NCBI GenBank assembly: GCA_018826905.1
Contig: JAHJYC010000003.1
Span: forward strand, 36,963-100,962
Direction: 5' to 3'
DNA: 64,000 bases
From: Patescibacteria group bacterium
GTDB taxonomy: Bacteria > Patescibacteriota > Minisyncoccia > Phycocordibacterales > Phycocordibacteraceae
A program made the position numbers and the translations under genes. A model generated the notes under the pieces. The model did no database searches, was not told the origin of the DNA, and saw only the letters and a program-made list of their open reading frames with translations. Positions 55,897 through 64,000 of this stretch are shown piece after piece; position 1 is the stretch's first letter; every line of letters starts with the position of its first letter.

Positions 55897-56505
55897 ATGC
55901 CTATTCCACATCCAAAGTTAGAGCGCACCTTCGTTATTGTTAAACCTGATGGTGTTCAGCGTTCTCTCATCGGAGAAATTATTAAACGCTTTGAGCGAAC
56001 TGGTCTTAAGCTTATTGGTCTTAAGCTCACCGTTCTTGATGCAGACCGTATCTGGAAGCACTACAGCAAGGATGATGCTTGGTTCATAAAGAAAGGAACT
56101 AAGATTGCTGAAGACCGCGCTGCAGCTGGGCTTTCGGCTGAGAAGGAGCCTATTGAGTACGGAAAGGACATCATTAGAGCTCTAGAGAAGTTCATGACTT
56201 CTGGGCCGGTGGTGATGATGGCATGGGAAGGAAACTCTGCAGTAAGTGTTGTTACAAAACTCGTAGGAGACACAGAGCCGACAAGCTCTGATGTGGGTAC
56301 TATTCGTGGAGATTTCACAATTGATTCGTACAACATCGCAGCAGTTGATGATCGCGCAGTGCGCAACCTCATTCACTGCTCAGATACTCCTGAGAATGGA
56401 GAGAACGAGATTAACCTCTGGTTCACTCCTGAGGAATTGATTACGTATCGCCTGGTTGGAGACCAGATCATTTACGACGTGAATCTAGACGGGATTTTGG
56501 AATAG
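55897..56505 (+). CDS. ndk: nucleoside diphosphate kinase (long form with insertions)
   Basis: ERTFVIVKPDGVQR, NLIHCSD (active-site His). Confidence 0.8.
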   Translation: MPIPHPKLERTFVIVKPDGVQRSLIGEIIKRFERTGLKLIGLKLTVLDADRIWKHYSKDDAWFIKKGTKIAEDRAAAGLSAEKEPIEYGKDIIRALEKFMTSGPVVMMAWEGNSAVSVVTKLVGDTEPTSSDVGTIRGDFTIDSYNIAAVDDRAVRNLIHCSDTPENGENEINLWFTPEELITYRLVGDQIIYDVNLDGILE

Positions 56506-56715
56506 TATTTCCCAAAGGTATACTTTTCCCGGAGCCGTCCCTAAAACGCAACTTGCTTAATTTTCGGGAGTCTTATATTCACGTGTCGGGGTGCTCCTTT
56601 AAGGACTAACCGGTGCGATGCGGGCACCCACGTGGCATCAAAAAGTTGCCACATGGGGACGGTTCCGACGAAAGCTCGCCATTATGGCGGGCTTTCGTCG
56701 TGCTACCATACCTCC

Positions 56716-57075
56716 ATGCGTCTCCCGTGGCTCATTTCTGCACTCATACTTGCAGCAGTGCTTGCGCTCCTACAGCATGTAGCACTCGCTGACTATTTGT
56801 ACTGGAGGTATCCTTGGTTTGATACACTCATGCACTTTTTGGGAGGACTTACGGTTGCTTGTTTTGCTGTGGGATTGCTACGGAAACACCGTGCACAATT
56901 ATTTCTAGTTGGAATGGTCGCTATCGCTGTTGGATGGGAAGTGTTTGAATTTGCTATAGGAACTCAAAGAGAGGCTAATTTTGTATTTGATACATCACTT
57001 GATTTGCTTATGGACACATTGGGAATGGTAACGGTGTACTTAGTCGCTAGATATACGCTATGGCGCTCCGCGTAA
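56716..57075 (+). CDS. VanZ-like small membrane protein (ORF extends upstream to 56632, but that part is probably a structured leader)
   Basis: 4 TM; VGWEVFEF...DTSLDLLMDTLG typical VanZ acidic residues. Confidence 0.45.
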   Translation: MRLPWLISALILAAVLALLQHVALADYLYWRYPWFDTLMHFLGGLTVACFAVGLLRKHRAQLFLVGMVAIAVGWEVFEFAIGTQREANFVFDTSLDLLMDTLGMVTVYLVARYTLWRSA

Positions 57076-58457
57076 CATTTCATGGTGGAGCCGGGTCTGT
57101 GACAGGCTCTAATTTCCTTGTTGAGGGCTCTAAAGGAAGACTGCTTGTTGATTGCGGACTAGAGCAAGGACAGGATTTTTGTATGCAGTGTATGTATGCA
57201 CCATTTCCCTATGACGTATCTTCAATTGATGCGCTCGTTATAACGCACGCGCACCTAGATCATATTGGGAGGGGCCCTAAGCTGATTAAGGAGGGCTTTA
57301 GGGGAACTGTTTATATGACACCTCCTACTCGTGATTTAACAGCACTTATGCTCAAGGATAGCGTAGGGCTTTTGGCGCGAGAAGCGAAGCGTCTCGGGCA
57401 AGACCCTTTGTATTCAGAACAGGATGCCACGAGTTTCATGGAGAGCGTGGTAACTGTTGGATATCATGAAGAGAAGGAGGTCGCCCCTGGTCTCTCTGTG
57501 TACTTAAGAGACACTGGACACATTCTCGGCGCCGCAAGCGTCCGCATTAAGGACACAGAGGATGGTACGAGTCTTTTGTGCACTGGAGACATTGGAAACA
57601 CACCGAACCCCTACCTTGCAGACTTTGAGCTCGCCCCTGATGCTGACGCAGTTATTATGGAGGCCGTATATGGAGACCGGCAACACGAGCACGTTGCTGA
57701 GCGAGTCCCACGTCTCCGGGACGCGATGAAGCGGGCTATTGAGCGTGGCGGAGCTATTCTGATGCCTGCCTTCTCTATGGAACGCACACAGCTCATGCTA
57801 TACGAGCTTTCTAACTTAATGGAGGCAGGGGAGATTCCACAGATTCCAGTGTTCTTGGATTCTCCGCTCGCCATATCTGTAACAGATGTGTATGAGAAAT
57901 GGGCTGGGGAATACTTTAATAAGGAGGCAAGAGAAGAGATGAAAAAGGAGCACAGTATCTTTAGATTCCCGTTTCTTTCCATGACACCCTCTAGAGAAGA
58001 CTCAGAAACAATTGCGAGCGCACCAAACCCAAAGCTTATTATTGCGGGTGCCGGTATGAGTCACGGAGGAAGAATTGGAAAGTGGGAGACAAAGTATCTT
58101 CCTGATCCTAAAACCACACTCTTTATTGTAGGGTACCAAGCACCGGGAAGTCCTGGGAGATTGCTTCAGGACGGAGCACCAAAGGTAAAACTTGATGGGA
58201 GGGAGGTGAAAGTAAAGGCAAAGATTGAAACCCTTACCAGCTGGTCAGCACATGCAGATAGAGATGGACTCCTAAAGTTTGCTGAAGGCACTCTTCCACG
58301 CGCTAAAGCGATCTTTGTCTCTATTGGAGAGCCAACAAGCCAGAGATTCTTAGCACAGCGTATTCACGACTACTTGGGAGCTAAAGCTATCGTACCCTCT
58401 CAGGGAGAGGTGTGGAATATAACAAAAGAAGGAGCGCAAAAAGAAAAGGCCCTATAG
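57060..58457 (+). CDS. beta-CASP family MBL-fold ribonuclease (RNase J / CPSF-like)
   Basis: ITHAHLDHIG (HxHxDH), beta-CASP motifs A-C, 465 aa. Confidence 0.75.
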   Translation: MALRVTFHGGAGSVTGSNFLVEGSKGRLLVDCGLEQGQDFCMQCMYAPFPYDVSSIDALVITHAHLDHIGRGPKLIKEGFRGTVYMTPPTRDLTALMLKDSVGLLAREAKRLGQDPLYSEQDATSFMESVVTVGYHEEKEVAPGLSVYLRDTGHILGAASVRIKDTEDGTSLLCTGDIGNTPNPYLADFELAPDADAVIMEAVYGDRQHEHVAERVPRLRDAMKRAIERGGAILMPAFSMERTQLMLYELSNLMEAGEIPQIPVFLDSPLAISVTDVYEKWAGEYFNKEAREEMKKEHSIFRFPFLSMTPSREDSETIASAPNPKLIIAGAGMSHGGRIGKWETKYLPDPKTTLFIVGYQAPGSPGRLLQDGAPKVKLDGREVKVKAKIETLTSWSAHADRDGLLKFAEGTLPRAKAIFVSIGEPTSQRFLAQRIHDYLGAKAIVPSQGEVWNITKEGAQKEKAL

Positions 58458-58475
58458 GGCCTTTTCTCATTTGTT
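58442..58475. terminator. bidirectional terminator
   Basis: aaaagaaaaggccctatagggccttttctcatttg. Confidence 0.65.
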
Positions 58476-58481
58476 GGATGG

Positions 58482-58829
58482 TTACCCAACCTTCTTAACG
58501 ATGCGTGTGAACACCTCTGGCTCAGTTGCAGCGAGTGTGGCGAGTACTTTTCGGTCTAGACCGATCTCAGCCTTCTTAAGGGCGTTGATGAAAGTACTGT
58601 ATGACTTAAAGCCATTCTCACGAACTGCAGCATTGAGTCGTACAATCCAAAGCTGACGGAAGTCAGTCTTCTTGTCGCGACGGTGGTTGAACGCATTCTT
58701 ACCTGCGTGTACCAAAGATTCCTTTGCGAGGCGTACCTTAGTTGATCGTCCATGACGATACCCCTTAGCACGCAAGAGAATATTCTTGCGACGCTTTGCT
58801 GATGCTACTCCTCCTTTTACTCGTGCCAT
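58482..58829 (-). CDS. rplT: 50S ribosomal protein L20
   Basis: [18 protein letters not shown]... L20. Confidence 0.9.
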   Translation of the reverse strand: MARVKGGVASAKRRKNILLRAKGYRHGRSTKVRLAKESLVHAGKNAFNHRRDKKTDFRQLWIVRLNAAVRENGFKSYSTFINALKKAEIGLDRKVLATLAATEPEVFTRIVKKVG

Positions 58830-58848
58830 ACAATAGTAATTACTGAAA

Positions 58849-59043
58849 TTATTTGGTTGTCGTCTTGCTCAAGAACTGGCGAACAATGCGCTTAGGAACT
58901 GAGATGATGTTCGCGCGTCTCTTCACGGTCTTTGTGCGTCCGCGCTCTTTTGCATTGAAATGGTCCTGACCAGGCTTGCGTGCAACAAGCTTCCCGTTTC
59001 GGGTCACCTTAATGCGCTTTGTGTATGACTTATTCGTTTTCAT
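58849..59043 (-). CDS. rpmI: 50S ribosomal protein L35
   Basis: [25 protein letters not shown]...; start at the internal ATG; overlaps the infC 3' end by 14 nt. Confidence 0.85.
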   Translation of the reverse strand: MKTNKSYTKRIKVTRNGKLVARKPGQDHFNAKERGRTKTVKRRANIISVPKRIVRQFLSKTTTK

Positions 59044-59620
59044 GGGTAGGTGATTCGGGTGGTGTCTGTTGCGGTTTTTTAGCGGCCTCCGCAATGGCCT
59101 TGCTGTCGCGTTCAATAATTCCTGCGAACCCTTTCGGAGCGCGAGCGATTGGCTCAGCTATCTTGTAGGGGTAGGGAATAAGGAGCACAAACTTCTCCAG
59201 CCGGGTCTTGAGGAATGTCTCCTCCATACCCTTGTATCGGCCTTTGAGGAAGAGCTCAACGCGTACTCGGTGCCCGTCAGCGAGCCACTCGGCTGCTTTC
59301 TTGGCTTTGAGACGCATATCGTTCTCTCCAGTGCCCACTTTGATCTGGACCTCCTTCGTCTCGGAGACCTTTACCTTGGCCCTGGCAGCACTCTCTCGCT
59401 TGCTTCTCTCGTACTCGAATTTACCATAATCCATTATTTTAGCAACGGGAGGAATGGCATTTGGAGAGATTTCAATAAGGTCCAGGGTGAGGTCCTGGGC
59501 GCGCTTGAGGGCTTCTTCCGTAGAGATAACACCCAGGTTTTCTCCCTGAGCGCCAATAACACGCAATTCGCGTGCTTTGATCTCTTTATTTATGCGTATG
59601 CGGTCGGAATTAGTACTCAA
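59030..59620 (-). CDS. infC: translation initiation factor IF-3 with C-terminal extension; TTG start codon
   Basis: IF3 N- and C-domains; the first codon reads TTG on the minus strand, as expected for autoregulated infC. Confidence 0.85.
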   Translation of the reverse strand: MSTNSDRIRINKEIKARELRVIGAQGENLGVISTEEALKRAQDLTLDLIEISPNAIPPVAKIMDYGKFEYERSKRESAARAKVKVSETKEVQIKVGTGENDMRLKAKKAAEWLADGHRVRVELFLKGRYKGMEETFLKTRLEKFVLLIPYPYKIAEPIARAPKGFAGIIERDSKAIAEAAKKPQQTPPESPTHENE

Positions 59621-59692
59621 AGCTGTTTAGTGTATATATTTTAGCACGCAAATCCTCAATAAACAAGGTACTGTAAGGATATTTTACAAATA

Positions 59693-59727
59693 ACACCCGC
59701 CTGCACAGATGCAGGCGGGTGTTATGA
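59693..59727. terminator. bidirectional terminator
   Basis: acacccgcctgcacagatgcaggcgggtgttatg. Confidence 0.6.
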
Positions 59728-59735
59728 AAGGGGTC

Positions 59736-60023
59736 CTATTGAGCTGCTGAGCTGGTAGCAGAATTAATGTCGTTGCTGAAGTCGCGAAGAAGCTGAGAGA
59801 GGACCTCTAGTTCGTCCTGACAGTCTGATTTGCTTCCTGCATTCGGGCCAGAACAGACCTCAGCAATACGTGCTCGCTGAGCTGTTATGTCTTCTTTGCC
59901 TTCCTGGAGCACGGTACCCAAATCCTTCTTCGGATTCATGATAACGAAGAGAGCTATGATGAGAAGAACGGCAAGAATTCCTGCAACGGACCAAGCGAGA
60001 GTAAGCTGTTTTTTAGTGTTCAT
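59736..60023 (-). CDS. small membrane-anchored protein (hypothetical)
   Basis: 95 aa, N-terminal TM, two Cys. Confidence 0.4.
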   Translation of the reverse strand: MNTKKQLTLAWSVAGILAVLLIIALFVIMNPKKDLGTVLQEGKEDITAQRARIAEVCSGPNAGSKSDCQDELEVLSQLLRDFSNDINSATSSAAQ

Positions 60024-60124
60024 GTCTGAATTGAGGTTATGTGTGCATTGTACACCTTTTGGCTGAATGGTTCATGAAATACAAAAGCCCTGGATATCCA
60101 GGGCTTTTGTGCAAAGAGGGAGTG

Positions 60125-60769
60125 TTAGGCTCCAGACTCTTCCGTAGGCATTTCCTCCTCAGGGGACACAATAGCGTCTACCTCTATAGTAGCGTCCATT
60201 GCTCCTTCCGTCGTTTCCTCAGTAGCTGGAACAGAGTTCTCTTCTGTCACTTGCTCTTCTTCCACAGAAGCCTCGGTTTCAGCAGAGAGATCGTATCCAG
60301 CGTCCTCTAGAAGTGCTGCGAGGTCTTCATCTGAGACGTTTAGAGCAAGCTCAGCGTCTTCTGAAATCATTGCATCGTCTTCTGCAACAACGGCAGTGTC
60401 ACTCTCTTCAGAGAATGAGCCATCACCATCATCTACAACGATAGCTGCTGAAATAGTTCCGCCTGCAACGATTGCTCCATTTCGGTGCTTCACGTGCACA
60501 TTGCGGTGTTCACCAGCTGACATGAGCTCACTTGAGCCAACAACACTCTTGTTTCCGGCTGCGTCAGTTGAGTACACAACAACATAGCCAGACTGTGCGA
60601 GTTTGGCATACGTAACAACAGTCTCGTCAGATGGTTGCTGGTCAGAGACGAGCACTGCGTTTTCATCAGTAATAAGCGATGCCTCAGCTTGCTGAGAGTT
60701 ATTCCAGTACCAGGCAAAAGCGCCAAGCAATATAACTACAACCGCAATAATCAATACCTTACTTTTCAT
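60125..60769 (-). CDS. secreted/anchored protein with acidic low-complexity C-terminus (hypothetical)
   Basis: N-terminal signal/anchor MKSKVLIIAVVVILLGAFAWYW; E/D/T-rich tail. Confidence 0.45.
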   Translation of the reverse strand: MKSKVLIIAVVVILLGAFAWYWNNSQQAEASLITDENAVLVSDQQPSDETVVTYAKLAQSGYVVVYSTDAAGNKSVVGSSELMSAGEHRNVHVKHRNGAIVAGGTISAAIVVDDGDGSFSEESDTAVVAEDDAMISEDAELALNVSDEDLAALLEDAGYDLSAETEASVEEEQVTEENSVPATEETTEGAMDATIEVDAIVSPEEEMPTEESGA

Positions 60770-60856
60770 ATGAGTAGGAACGTTTACTAAGTAATACCCT
60801 TTAAAGATAGCACTTGAGAAGTTCGTTCATGAACGCTTCAGGGGAGGAGGAGTACT

Positions 60857-61102
60857 GTGGAGCATATTACTTTTAATCCAATTCAAGACATGGCAACAAT
60901 TGTGAACAACCCAAATCCAGAATCATCAGGAGGCGCAGGAGGATGGATTATCGCAGGCGTACTTATTATCGCTGTTGTGCTGATTGCCATATTTGTGTGG
61001 CCAGGCTTCGGCAATCAGGGGAGCGTCCCCACCCCTACGCAAGTAAATGTTGAAATCCCCACCCCTGACCTAGGAGGAGGGGAAGGAGCGCCCGCTCAAT
61101 AG
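60857..61102 (+). CDS. small single-TM membrane protein (GTG start, strong SD)
   Basis: ggggaggagg then GTG; TM WIIAGVLIIAVVLIAIFVW. Confidence 0.4.
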   Translation: MEHITFNPIQDMATIVNNPNPESSGGAGGWIIAGVLIIAVVLIAIFVWPGFGNQGSVPTPTQVNVEIPTPDLGGGEGAPAQ

Positions 61103-61134
61103 TCTTATTCATTCCTTAACGTAACTAAATTCTT

Positions 61135-61386
61135 ATGGCATTTCTTATCTGGATTATTTTTGGAGCTCTCGCAGGATGGATCGCATCAATGATTATGAAG
61201 ACAAATGGACAGCAGGGACTTCTGCTAGACATTATCGTCGGTATCGTTGGAGCTGTTCTTGGAGGATGGATTATGAACTTCTTCGGAGAGGGAGGAGTGG
61301 ATGGGTTCAACCTCTACAGCTTCCTCGTTGCAATCCTTGGAGCAGTTGTATTGCTCGCAATCGTGAAGATGGTGCGTCGCGCATAA
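61135..61386 (+). CDS. GlsB/YeaQ/YmgE-family transglycosylase-associated membrane protein
   Basis: GALAGWIASMIM...GIVGAVLGGWIMNFFG...AILGAVVLLAIV repeated GxxxG-type motifs. Confidence 0.75.
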   Translation: MAFLIWIIFGALAGWIASMIMKTNGQQGLLLDIIVGIVGAVLGGWIMNFFGEGGVDGFNLYSFLVAILGAVVLLAIVKMVRRA

Positions 61387-61408
61387 AACCTCTTCGCAGG
61401 ATACACAA

Positions 61409-61437
61409 AGAGCCGCATGATGCGGCTCTTTGTGTAT
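61409..61437. terminator. bidirectional terminator
   Basis: aaagagccgcatgatgcggctctttgtgt. Confidence 0.6.
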
Positions 61438-61458
61438 AGAAAAACTCCTGCCGATTGC

Positions 61459-61833
61459 TCAGCAGGAGGGGTGGATTGAAAGAACCTTTGTGACGTTAAG
61501 TCGTCCGTGTTTGGAGTTGTATAGCGTCTCGCAGGAGACAACGTCTCCTATGTTCAGGGAGACATGCCGTACATTTTGAAACTTTCGGAGTGTGCACAGC
61601 CAGAGAAAGATCCCTTCACCGTCCGCAGTTTCAAGAATGGCGTAACCCTTGTGGAAGGCTATTCTTGAAACCCTTCCTTCAACAGGGAAGAGTGCTCCGA
61701 TATCAGGCTCAGTCTCCCTTGCAAGTTGCTTCTTCTTGTATCTGGACATTTTCGGAGCGTTTCCGGAATGTCTTTTCTTCTTTCCTCTTTTCACCGTATC
61801 CTCCCAGGTGTCTACTAGTCTGTAGTACCGCAT
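61459..61833 (-). CDS. stand-alone OB-fold protein resembling the N-terminal domain of ribosome-biogenesis GTPase RsgA (no GTPase domain follows)
   Basis: MSRYKKKQLARETEPD...GRVSRIAFHKGYAILETADGEGIFLWLCTLRKF...NIGDVV parallels RsgA N-term ([27 protein letters not shown]...TGDRVV); likely start at the internal ATG 61749. Confidence 0.4.
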   Translation of the reverse strand: MRYYRLVDTWEDTVKRGKKKRHSGNAPKMSRYKKKQLARETEPDIGALFPVEGRVSRIAFHKGYAILETADGEGIFLWLCTLRKFQNVRHVSLNIGDVVSCETLYNSKHGRLNVTKVLSIHPSC

Positions 61834-61882
61834 AGAGGTATCCAGGTCAATTCTCTCTGGAAGGGGGTATACTTTTGAGAAT

Positions 61883-62542
61883 ATGAATGAATTCTGGGGG
61901 GCAGTCGGTTTTTATCTAATTGATAATCTACTCGGCATTGTCACGCTAATCCTCGCGTACTTTGCAGGACACGCAGCCGCAAAGATTAACCGCAAGAATA
62001 AGATTGCCGATGTCGTGATGCACTGTATTGATAGGTACGATGCTATTGCAAGAGATAAAGCGCTAATTGAAAACAAGTACCAAGCACATGGATACTATCG
62101 TCGGTACTTTGGTCTTAAAAGCGACCAGTTTGATTATTGGCTCTCAGGGCTCATTGATGCAGAGAATATTTCCAGTTGGCTGTATTCATTGCTTAACTCA
62201 TTTGAACAAGGAAAGCGCGTGCACTATGTAGAGAATGGAGAAGAAAAGTGGATGACGTTCCATGAGGGATGGGAGAAGAGTAAGACTTCGCATGATGCAC
62301 CGAACATTGTGTTTGTGAGAGTTATTGAACGTATTCAGGAACTTTCTCGGGCACCCATGGATACGAGAAGCAAATACTACGAACTCATTTCGCTTTTGTG
62401 CACCGTTGAGAAGGCAGAGCGAGATGTTATTAAATTTGCGGATATAAGTTTTATTAACCGGCGTATTCGCGGAGGAGATATGCGTGCGTTTCAGAAGATG
62501 GAGCGTAAGCATCACACGCGTGCAGGGAAGGTTGAGCAGTAG
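61883..62542 (+). CDS. hypothetical protein with N-terminal TM and cytoplasmic alpha-helical domain
   Basis: 219 aa; no confident family. Confidence 0.35.
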   Translation: MNEFWGAVGFYLIDNLLGIVTLILAYFAGHAAAKINRKNKIADVVMHCIDRYDAIARDKALIENKYQAHGYYRRYFGLKSDQFDYWLSGLIDAENISSWLYSLLNSFEQGKRVHYVENGEEKWMTFHEGWEKSKTSHDAPNIVFVRVIERIQELSRAPMDTRSKYYELISLLCTVEKAERDVIKFADISFINRRIRGGDMRAFQKMERKHHTRAGKVEQ

Positions 62543-62597
62543 AGCTCTTGCCGATTTGGTAAACTAGAAACTACTTACCCGTAAACATATACATATT

Positions 62598-62963
62598 ATG
62601 GCCACATACGTAGATGGATTTGTGCTCTCAATCCCAAAAGCAAAGAAAGCAGAGTATAAGAAGCTTGCACGAGAGGCGGCACTTGTATGGAAGAAGTTCG
62701 GAGCTCTGGAGTATAAGGAGTGCCGCGCGAATGATATGAGTCCGAAGGGAGTTACGTTTACATTCCCTAAGATGGCAAAGACAAAAGAAGATGAGGAAGT
62801 ATGGTTCTCCTATATTGTATTTAACTCTCGCGCAGAGCGGAATGCGATTAACAAGAAGGTAATGGCGTACTTTGATGAGAAGTATGCAGGCAAGGAAATG
62901 GCAATGCCGTTTGATATGAAGCGGTTTGCGTATGGTGGGTTTGTTACGGAAGTAGAAGCATAG
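62598..62963 (+). CDS. DUF1428 (YbaA-like) family protein
   Basis: MATYVDGFVLSIPKAKKAEYKKLAREAALVWKKFGALEYKEC...VFNSRAERNAINKKVM...MPFDMKRFAYGGF matches DUF1428 almost motif-for-motif. Confidence 0.75.
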   Translation: MATYVDGFVLSIPKAKKAEYKKLAREAALVWKKFGALEYKECRANDMSPKGVTFTFPKMAKTKEDEEVWFSYIVFNSRAERNAINKKVMAYFDEKYAGKEMAMPFDMKRFAYGGFVTEVEA

Positions 62964-62981
62964 TCTGCAGATACGCCCGAC

Positions 62982-63911
62982 ATGTCAGAAGGTCTAACAT
63001 TCACTCCAGAGAAGCCTCTTAGCGAACATGAGAAGCTTGTTCGGTCCTGGAAGAAGGGACCAGTTATACTGGCGTCTGGTTCTTCTTTTAAACTTGAGAG
63101 TTTGCGCGCACTTGGTATGCCACAGGCAGTGGGGGTGTCAGTGCCTGAAATTGTAGAGGAGGATCTCTTTGAAAAGGTTGGTGACCGATCAATGCACATG
63201 CATGAAATGGTTGCGGCTATGGTGGCGAGAGAAAAGGTACGGCATGTCCTAAAAGACGGTGCTCCTGAAGATGCGCTCGTGTGCGCGTTTGATACCGTTG
63301 TTATGGAGACAACAGGTTCGCTCCAGAACAAGAAGCGTCGCTATCTTCAGAAGCCTGAAACAAGAGAGCAAGCGACTGCAGATCTCACTACGTACTTTAC
63401 AAATCTTGTAGAAGGAAAGGAGTGGAAGGATGTGGTTACGAAAGGTCTAGTTGAAGAAGCGAGGAGGTTAGGACGTGAAGACTCTCTTGAATCACTGCTT
63501 TCCGTTGGGTACCCTCAATCTCTCATACACATAACAACCGGTATGGCAGTACGGGTGCCGAATGCAGGGGATGATGTAGATATGATTTTCTCTGTCATGC
63601 GGCTTACCCCTACAGTCCTGCAGGATCTCGTACCTCTCTCAGCTGAAAAGCGACGAGCTCGTATAGAAGAAATTGTAGAGAAGGCACTTTCTATAATGGA
63701 TGATAATGAGCGATGGCGTTCTATAACAACAGGGATTGATTATTCTGATCCACGGATTAAAGAGCTCCTCGGGTTAACTGAAGCCAAGATATTTTCAGAT
63801 ATGGATGAGAGCGAAGAGGGAATAATGAAGGGGATGCCCAAAGAAGCCTTTGAAAAGTATCTGAGTGCGCTTGCCGAGGAGCAAGTAGAGCCGAGCTCTG
63901 ATGCAGTATGA
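62982..63911 (+). CDS. Maf-like nucleotide pyrophosphatase domain protein with long C-terminal extension
   Basis: VILASGSSFKLESLRALG...DALVCAFDTVV matches the Maf N-terminal motifs. Confidence 0.5.
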   Translation: MSEGLTFTPEKPLSEHEKLVRSWKKGPVILASGSSFKLESLRALGMPQAVGVSVPEIVEEDLFEKVGDRSMHMHEMVAAMVAREKVRHVLKDGAPEDALVCAFDTVVMETTGSLQNKKRRYLQKPETREQATADLTTYFTNLVEGKEWKDVVTKGLVEEARRLGREDSLESLLSVGYPQSLIHITTGMAVRVPNAGDDVDMIFSVMRLTPTVLQDLVPLSAEKRRARIEEIVEKALSIMDDNERWRSITTGIDYSDPRIKELLGLTEAKIFSDMDESEEGIMKGMPKEAFEKYLSALAEEQVEPSSDAV

Positions 63912-64000
63912 TGTGGGTATTCAAGTGAGCTGAAATATAACTAACACTGCACTATGCACGAAATTGAGATAAAGGCGGCAGTGCGAAATAAGGAGGGGCT

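Overview
This window looks like a small-genome bacterium with Candidate-Phyla-Radiation/Patescibacteria-like hallmarks. Backbone GC is about 45-52%. The ribosomal-protein cluster runs S5 directly into L15 with no L30. Many r-proteins and IF3 carry N- or C-terminal extensions, and most genes lack a Shine-Dalgarno motif. Backbone genes, in order: dgkA, a secreted peptidoglycan-binding protein, hupB (HU), rny, clpP, ppa, nusA; a type IV pilus cluster (pilB, pilC, three pilin-like genes); tpiA, an SGNH hydrolase, pgk, HIT, recJ, rnhA; a split comEC with a superoxide dismutase gene on the opposite strand between the halves; rpmB, an M50-family protease, lexA-dinB preceded by a perfect Cheo-type SOS box, a CAP-domain protein, a PEBP; a convergent Type II R-M pair (PLD-family BfiI/NgoFVII-like endonuclease plus C5 cytosine methyltransferase) in an AT-rich islet; rpsL-rpsG-fusA-tuf-rpsJ; an interrupted S10/spc r-protein cluster through secY; gmk-adk-map, a 2H-phosphoesterase-like gene, a MazG-like gene, ndk, a beta-CASP RNase, infC-rpmI-rplT; and several small membrane or secreted hypotheticals. 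The most unusual feature is a set of at least six short (0.3-0.9 kb) self-contained high-GC cassettes. Their coding sequences are about 65-70% GC with almost exclusively G/C at codon position 3, and each gene (eight in total) has an AGGAGG-type SD. All but one (the insert downstream of the comEC C-terminal gene) are followed by a rho-independent terminator within the insert, and several carry their own promoter. They encode small secreted, lipo-, membrane or acidic proteins with no homology I can recognise. They sit in intergenic spacers, including inside the str, S10 and spc operons, and three are flanked by 7-10 bp direct repeats.
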